NCBI GenBank assembly: GCA_043732185.1
Contig: JAYTHY010000050.1
Location: 1-64,000, forward strand
DNA: 64,000 nt
Direction of reading: 5' to 3'
Source of the DNA: Fibrobacteria bacterium
Lineage (GTDB): Bacteria > Fibrobacterota > Fibrobacteria > UBA11236
This document shows, one piece after another, positions 58,230-64,000 of this stretch. A model generated the notes under the pieces. It had not been told where the DNA came from. It made no database searches and saw only the letters and a program-made list of their open reading frames with translations. How positions within the stretch are numbered: the first letter of the stretch is position 1; every line of letters begins with the position of its first letter. The position numbers and the translations under genes are program-made.

Positions 58230-59362
58230 GCAACGTGAAATCTACTTTTTCCACTTCACGTCTTTTGCTGAGTGCCTTGCTAGCTGGCGCATCCCTTGCC
58301 GCAGCAGAAGCAGGTCCACAGTACCGCGATTTACAATCACAAGCCATGGGCCGCACGGGTGTGGCTTCTTCCAAAGGTGTGGGCTCCTTGTTTCTCAACC
58401 CGGCAGCCCTGGGAGGCGAGAATAAACTCGGTGGTGGCTTTGTCGCGGATATTGGACTGAATTCCATTCTCTTGGACTATGCCGCTTGGGCTGCCAAGAA
58501 TTACAAGTATTTAAATAGCACCGATTCCCTGTTGACTCGAATTGGCGAAGTGGACAACAAGTGGGCGCCCTTCTCACAGACCAGCATGCTGTACGGAAAT
58601 TTTCAGGGGACTTCCGTTGCTGCGCTGATCGACACGCGCTATGATTTGACCATAGGCAAAGCGGTAGTAACACCTGTTCCCGGAGTGGGTGCGCTTTCGG
58701 ATTTGATCGTAACCGTGGGGCGTGGATATCAGGCGCCGGAGGGCTATAATTTCGGATTCGCCCTTAAATATTACTATCGACTGGCATTACCCAGCCGCCT
58801 GGTTGGAACCACCGATGACGCCTTCTACAAAGTCAAACAAGCCTGGGAACAACCGGACCATGGCTGGACGGACAAGCTCAAAAAAATCGGTGTAGCCGGC
58901 GACATTGCCGATACCAAGCAAGCCTTTGGCGTAAATCTGGGAGCGGAAAAGGCTGTGGACGAGAATTGGACCGCGGGCATTTCCTTGCTGGATTTTCCCA
59001 CTATTATGGACGCCAGCTTTGTTCGGCCCGATATCAATCTTGGATTAACCTATCATCGTAATCTGGATCTGGTCGAGGACTTGGAAAACAAACTCATCGT
59101 CAATCTGGACTTCCAACGCTTTCTCCTGCCCGGCACGCCATGGTTCAAGCAGATCAAAACGGGTGTGGCCATTGAAGGCTATATGCACAAGCGACCGGTC
59201 AGCTATGTGGCAATGGGCTTTAACGATGGGTACCCGACCTTCGGCCTTCGATTTGGGTATATCCTTTACTTCAGCTATGTATACGTAGCCGAAGAAATCG
59301 GCACCTATCCCGGACAGGAAAAGCTCAGCTTCCATAAGCTTGCTCTGCAATTGGAACTCTAA
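58226..59362 (+). CDS. Outer-membrane beta-barrel (FadL/PorV/TraF-like N-terminus)
   Basis: AMGRTGVA.....SLFLNPAAL; amphipathic strands; ATGA overlap with lipoprotein. Confidence 0.72.
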   Translation: MSNVKSTFSTSRLLLSALLAGASLAAAEAGPQYRDLQSQAMGRTGVASSKGVGSLFLNPAALGGENKLGGGFVADIGLNSILLDYAAWAAKNYKYLNSTDSLLTRIGEVDNKWAPFSQTSMLYGNFQGTSVAALIDTRYDLTIGKAVVTPVPGVGALSDLIVTVGRGYQAPEGYNFGFALKYYYRLALPSRLVGTTDDAFYKVKQAWEQPDHGWTDKLKKIGVAGDIADTKQAFGVNLGAEKAVDENWTAGISLLDFPTIMDASFVRPDINLGLTYHRNLDLVEDLENKLIVNLDFQRFLLPGTPWFKQIKTGVAIEGYMHKRPVSYVAMGFNDGYPTFGLRFGYILYFSYVYVAEEIGTYPGQEKLSFHKLALQLEL

Positions 59363-59378
59363 GCCGGGAATTCAGGCG

Positions 59379-60248
59379 TTACCTGGACGTCGCCGCCAAT
59401 TTATCCAAAATGGTGCCATGGGTCACGCCGTTGGAAGCGATAATTCCATGCGTCATCACAAGGTTGGGATCCCGAAAATTTAGTGGGTGACCCTTGAGGT
59501 CCGTAACCCGACCACCCGCCTCTTCCAGAATCACTTGCGTAGCTCCTAAATCCCATAAGGCCATGGGGTTTTGTGGCGGGGAAACAAAGGCCGTGTACTC
59601 GCCCCTAGCAATTTCGTTGATTTTTAAAGAGCCGTTCATTCGATGGCAAGAGGGATTGCCCAGTCGTTTTAAGAGATCGAGCAATTCGGGCGTCTTCTGC
59701 CGTCCATGCGAAAGGATAAGATTCAGTTTGGTCAAAGGGGAAACTTTAACCTGCAAAACTTTCACAAGATCAGGTCGCGGTCCTGCAAAGGCCCGATAGG
59801 CGCCTTCGCCCTGCGCTGCAAAATAGAGTTCGCCCAGCTCCGGCTTATAGGTCATGCCAACCACCGGTTTTCCATCCAAAGCCAAGGCAAGCAGGATGCC
59901 ATAATGCTGGCCGTTCAGTATATAACTCGAAGTGGAATCCAATGGGTCCAGAAGCCAGCAGCGCTTAGCGACCAGCCAGGGTGCGCTAGTTTTGGTTAGG
60001 GTGTAGGTTTCCTCGTTGAGAATGGCGTCATCGGGAAATTTTTTTTCGATTTCTGCATCTAGAAAAACAGCGCAGGCATGGTCGACTTGAGTGACAATGG
60101 AGTTGTCGGACTTATAGGCGATCTCCGGGCCCGTTTCCTTGCCTGCCAAAAGGATTTTTCCTGCCGCCAGAATGGTCGAATACATGAATTCCAATTCCGT
60201 GGCATAACGGGACGCTGCAAAAACCTTTAACATATTTGAATGATACAC
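59379..60248 (-). CDS. Inositol monophosphatase / CysQ-like phosphatase
   Basis: VTQVD, NEE, WLLDPLDST, WDLGA..ILEEAGG. Confidence 0.88.
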   Translation of the reverse strand: MYHSNMLKVFAASRYATELEFMYSTILAAGKILLAGKETGPEIAYKSDNSIVTQVDHACAVFLDAEIEKKFPDDAILNEETYTLTKTSAPWLVAKRCWLLDPLDSTSSYILNGQHYGILLALALDGKPVVGMTYKPELGELYFAAQGEGAYRAFAGPRPDLVKVLQVKVSPLTKLNLILSHGRQKTPELLDLLKRLGNPSCHRMNGSLKINEIARGEYTAFVSPPQNPMALWDLGATQVILEEAGGRVTDLKGHPLNFRDPNLVMTHGIIASNGVTHGTILDKLAATSR

Positions 60249-60318
60249 TTTCTAAAGTCGAAAGGGCCCTTTCTAGAGCTGAAAGGGTTTAAAGGGCCTA
60301 AAAGCCTATGTCTTTGAC

Positions 60319-61377
60319 CTATAATCGGCGGATGAAACGGTGAAAACGTCCCAGAAAATCAAACTTTTCGTGGAAGGTGCCTGGCGAAGTGGCGAGAGGC
60401 TTTCCAGTCACAAGGGGTTGCGGATGCAATGCAGTTGGCACTGTTAACATCCCCTGATTTCTTAACCAGGCGGCACATAACCAGGGCCAGGAGGCTAGAC
60501 CAGTGTCCAGCTTCGCATTACCAATGTAGCCACCCATTCCAAATCCATGCGGCCCATGATCAAAGAGATTCAGCTGCGCGGGTACCTTGGCTTTAAGGCA
60601 TGAGTCGTAATACATCTGGCTGTTGGCCACATTCACAACACCATCGTCCCTGCCATGCACTAAAAAGGCTGGGGAGGTTTTAGCCGTTACCTGCTTTTCA
60701 TTGGAGAGAAGATTAATCAAAGCGGCACTGGGCGCATTTCCGAGCAGGTTGTCGCGCGATCCTACATGCGTAAAAGGATCGGTCATCGTGATGACGGGAT
60801 AAATCAAAATGGAAAAGTCAGGGCGGCAGGAGTACCTGTCGATGGGATCCACAGCACCCGGCGCTCCGGAATCAAAATGAGTCGCGGCCGTTGCTGCCAA
60901 ATGGCCACCAGCGGAAAAACCCATGATGCCAACCCGCTTGACATCGATTTTAAACCGTGTGGCATTGGCCCGCACCCATCTTAGCGCGCGCTGTGCATCA
61001 TTCATTTCAATCGGATGATGATACTTGGGGCCCAATCGATATTTAAGCACAAAGGCGGAGACGCCCAAGGTATTCATCCAAACGGCTTCATCCACGCCCT
61101 CATAACTTGTAGCCAAAGACCAATAAGCACCACCAGGACAAATCACTACTGCTGCGCCGTTAAGTTTGGCTCCAGAAGCAGGATAGACCAGGACGGAGGG
61201 TTTATCGCCGTCGGCAGTGCCCAAAGCGCCCGGCGCCCCCTGCGGCCAGAGCAATTCGGCTGTCTGGGCATTTAATCCTGATACGAACAGAGCTATACCC
61301 AGTGCCAGAACCTTGAAGGCCTTAAGGCTGAATCCAACCATCGGACGCTTTACTTCTCGGTTTTTCAGAAATGGCAT
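60319..61377 (-). CDS. Secreted alpha/beta-hydrolase (acetyl/feruloyl esterase-like)
   Basis: PGGAY, GFSAGGH, HGRDD, HGFG. Confidence 0.9.
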   Translation of the reverse strand: MPFLKNREVKRPMVGFSLKAFKVLALGIALFVSGLNAQTAELLWPQGAPGALGTADGDKPSVLVYPASGAKLNGAAVVICPGGAYWSLATSYEGVDEAVWMNTLGVSAFVLKYRLGPKYHHPIEMNDAQRALRWVRANATRFKIDVKRVGIMGFSAGGHLAATAATHFDSGAPGAVDPIDRYSCRPDFSILIYPVITMTDPFTHVGSRDNLLGNAPSAALINLLSNEKQVTAKTSPAFLVHGRDDGVVNVANSQMYYDSCLKAKVPAQLNLFDHGPHGFGMGGYIGNAKLDTGLASWPWLCAAWLRNQGMLTVPTALHPQPLVTGKPLATSPGTFHEKFDFLGRFHRFIRRL

Positions 61378-61490
61378 TTTAACCCCCTAGCCAAAAAATA
61401 GGACTAAAGACAGAAAAGGGAAGGTCAAAAATAGTGAATATGGTAGCCTTGAGGCGGAAGCATCCGCATTCCGTCCTGCTTGGCCTGCAT

Positions 61491-61865
61491 TCAGCCTCGC
61501 TGAATGAACTTTAAGGCACAAACAATGAGCGCGCCCAATGCAGCTAAAAACAAAAAAGCCTTTGCTACCATGGGCATTTTCTTTGGACCGTTCTCCTCAT
61601 TGAGCCAGTTCGGGTTAGTTGGGGGCATTTCCTCCCCTATTTCGGCATCAGCGTCCGTATCATTTTCCTCGACAACATCAGGCACTGCGGGTGCGGTTTC
61701 CAAATTCGCCTCTAGGTCTTCCAATCCGCGCGATTTGGCTTCCGACAATATCATTTTCACGGCTATTTCAGGCCCATCGCGGCGGCTCGCAGCGAGCATC
61801 ATCAACAATTTCGCATCCGTAACGGTGGCTAATTTGGCTTCAAATTCAATCTCCGTCATCGGCAA
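61491..61865 (-). CDS. Hypothetical acidic protein with C-terminal TM
   Basis: Helical N-domain, acidic linker, C-terminal hydrophobic anchor. Confidence 0.6.
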   Translation of the reverse strand: MPMTEIEFEAKLATVTDAKLLMMLAASRRDGPEIAVKMILSEAKSRGLEDLEANLETAPAVPDVVEENDTDADAEIGEEMPPTNPNWLNEENGPKKMPMVAKAFLFLAALGALIVCALKFIQRG

Positions 61866-61937
61866 TACCCTTTCGAAGAATCGATTTCCATTGGTTATAG
61901 TTTAGCAAACAACTCTAGTGTCGCGCAAAGACTTTAA

Positions 61938-63116
61938 TTGCTGGTGCATCGACTTTTGGATTTCCAACATAAGGCCAAACACTTTTTAGCCTGCCGGGTT
62001 TTTGTTAGCTTCTATAAGTGGAATACCACTGTTTTCAATTCAAATCCAAAGGAGCAAGCCTTGGCCGCTAGCAAAAAATCTCTTGGTGTCCGTTTCATAA
62101 AAAATGTTTTTGCACTAATCGTCTCCACCGCCTTGCCTTCCATGGCTGCTGCTGCGGACTCTCCCCCCAAAGCAACCACCGCGGCCTTGCCGGCCGGACT
62201 GTACGCGGAGTTCTATACGAATAAAGGAAAAATAACCACGGCTCTCGAATTCGAGAAAGTGCCCTTGACGGTGACCAATTTTGTGGGTCTGGCGGAAGGC
62301 ACCAAAAAATCGAATAAACCAGCCGGTACGCGCTTCTATGATGGACTCTTGTTCCACCGTGTAATCGCCAATTTCATGATCCAAGGCGGTGACCCGGAAG
62401 GTACCGGAACCGGTGGACCGGGCTACCAATTTCAAGATGAGTTTGATGCCAGCTTGAAACATGACAAACCGGGTGTCTTATCCATGGCCAATGCCGGCCC
62501 CGGAACCAACGGTAGCCAGTTCTTCATCACCCACGTACCCACTCCCCATCTCGACGGAAAGCACACTATTTTCGGCCATGTGGTAAGCGGTCAAGACGTT
62601 GTAAACGCCGTTGCCCAGAACGACCGTATGGACAGTGTTCGCATTGTCCGAGTAGGCCCCAAGGCCAAGAAATTCAAGGCAGATGAAGCCAGTTTCCAAG
62701 CCCTGATTGGCAAAAGTGCATCAGCTTTGGCAGATAAGAAAAAGAAAACCGAGGCTGAATTAAACGCATTGTTGAAAACCGCCAAAGCCACGCCCTCTGG
62801 CCTGAAATATATTGTGACACGTCCTGGCACCGGCCCCAAACCCAAGTCCGGCACTTCGATTCAGGTTCACTATGCAGGCCGTCTCACGGATGGTACGCCC
62901 TTCGACAACTCTTACACGCGAGGAGAGCCCATTGAATTCGCAGTCGGAACCGGCATGGTCATCCGCGGATGGGATGAGGCGTTATTGGATATGACTAAAG
63001 GCGAAAAACGCACTCTGATTATTCCGCCAAACCTAGCCTATGGCCCTGATGGACGCCCTCCTGCCATCCCTCAGAATGCAACACTTATTTTTGATGTTGA
63101 ACTGGTGGGATTCTAA
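61938..63116 (+). CDS. Cyclophilin-FKBP fusion peptidyl-prolyl isomerase (start probably downstream)
   Basis: [52 protein letters not shown]. Confidence 0.95.
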   Translation: MLVHRLLDFQHKAKHFLACRVFVSFYKWNTTVFNSNPKEQALAASKKSLGVRFIKNVFALIVSTALPSMAAAADSPPKATTAALPAGLYAEFYTNKGKITTALEFEKVPLTVTNFVGLAEGTKKSNKPAGTRFYDGLLFHRVIANFMIQGGDPEGTGTGGPGYQFQDEFDASLKHDKPGVLSMANAGPGTNGSQFFITHVPTPHLDGKHTIFGHVVSGQDVVNAVAQNDRMDSVRIVRVGPKAKKFKADEASFQALIGKSASALADKKKKTEAELNALLKTAKATPSGLKYIVTRPGTGPKPKSGTSIQVHYAGRLTDGTPFDNSYTRGEPIEFAVGTGMVIRGWDEALLDMTKGEKRTLIIPPNLAYGPDGRPPAIPQNATLIFDVELVGF

Positions 63117-63129
63117 AGGAGTGGGTACT

Positions 63130-64000
63130 ATGCTGGTAATGGGAAAAATGCGCCAGGGGCTGACTTTCGCCGCGGTTTTAACTCTGGCTTTGCTCGCAAC
63201 GGCCGCGCGAGCAGATACGCTGCGCGACCACCTCTCCGTATTTTTTGAATTCAATGCATTGGATTCGGTCATCAGCTTGGAACAAAAGTCCCCGACCACT
63301 TTGCAGGTAACCGTTGCGGATGGAGCGACGGGTGGAACGCGCAGTTTAAGTGAAGAAGTGGGGGCCAAACCCATGCAGAAGTTTCTGAATGAAGCCAATG
63401 ATTTGGGTCTCAAGGTTCTGCCTTTTTTATCAGTAGCCGAGGTTAAAGCGGAAAAGTCTTCCATGCCCGCAGCACCTGCCACGTCTTCGGTATCGGAAAA
63501 AACAAAAAGTAAACGCTCGATAAGTTCCGAGCGCAAAAACCGGATGTGGTATATCGCCTACCAAAGCGCACTTTCTACCTATGTTTATGGTATTTCCATT
63601 CCCATTGCCTTGGACGCGAGTAGCGCCAAGGTTCAAATCGCCACACCCATGATCATCGCCCCCTTTGCATTTGGAACGCACTTTTGGTTCGCCAAAAACC
63701 GGCCGTTCGAGGACTCGCACCGTAAAGGAACTTTTTACCTGAGCTCGGCCGCACTGTATGCTTCCTACGCATTGCCTTTCTCACTCATGAACCTTGATGA
63801 CAATCCTTTCCGGGTCGCCAGCTTCCTTTCCCTTGCCGCTTATCCCGCTGGAATTTATGGTGGCTATCTGCTTGGGGATAAATACGTGGACTTACCGGGC
63901 CGCATTGATACGGAGGAAAAGTTCGCCATCGGATTTGGCACTATGGGTTTTTTCTCACCCTTTCTTTACTTCGAAAAACTTGCGGGCCATGAAAAACCAA
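63130..64000 (+). CDS. Hypothetical exported/membrane protein, truncated at window end
   Basis: AAGGAG RBS, ATG at 63130, signal peptide ending ARA, open to window edge (absent from ORF track because it has no stop). Confidence 0.7.
   Translation, partial: MLVMGKMRQGLTFAAVLTLALLATAARADTLRDHLSVFFEFNALDSVISLEQKSPTTLQVTVADGATGGTRSLSEEVGAKPMQKFLNEANDLGLKVLPFLSVAEVKAEKSSMPAAPATSSVSEKTKSKRSISSERKNRMWYIAYQSALSTYVYGISIPIALDASSAKVQIATPMIIAPFAFGTHFWFAKNRPFEDSHRKGTFYLSSAALYASYALPFSLMNLDDNPFRVASFLSLAAYPAGIYGGYLLGDKYVDLPGRIDTEEKFAIGFGTMGFFSPFLYFEKLAGHEKP

Noticed and set aside
58226..59362. TraF-like barrel as evidence of a conjugative element
   Set aside because: No other tra, relaxase or integrase genes in the window
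1..64000. CRISPR arrays, IS elements, prophage, rRNA, SAM or cobalamin riboswitch before metH
   Set aside because: None recognised by eye; the sahR-metH gap is only 49 nt. A covariance-model scan would be needed to exclude small RNAs

Overview
Bacterial chromosomal window, probably Fibrobacterota or a related FCB-group lineage (inferred from T9SS-like C-terminal domains and lipoprotein style). Housekeeping genes include metH with a SahR-type regulator, pyrC, tsaD, ftsX-envC-holB-recJ, a DEAD-box helicase, a cysQ-like gene, a cyclophilin-FKBP fusion and tRNA-His. Accessory blocks: (i) 19-3418, a non-canonical MNIO (DUF692) locus with a BufA2-like six-Cys precursor, a Cys-free paralog, an outer-membrane barrel and a lipoprotein ending in five Y-[GS]-[AP]-P repeats, but no DUF2063 or DoxX partner; (ii) an apparently inactive DnaB-like protein (possibly a primase-helicase fusion) in front of ftsX; (iii) an AbiE-type toxin-antitoxin pair with a perfect 18-bp palindrome upstream; (iv) a barrel/CsgG-like/LPP20 operon behind a sigma54-type promoter; (v) an orphan ThsB-like TIR gene among three methyltransferases; (vi) a DUF347 pseudogene with a visible microhomology deletion junction; (vii) secreted hydrolases with sorting tails plus a sugar ABC transporter; (viii) a Cys/Asp-rich lipoprotein coupled to a barrel. 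No CRISPR array, rRNA, integrase or transposase was recognised. All family calls come from reading motifs by eye; no database search was run.
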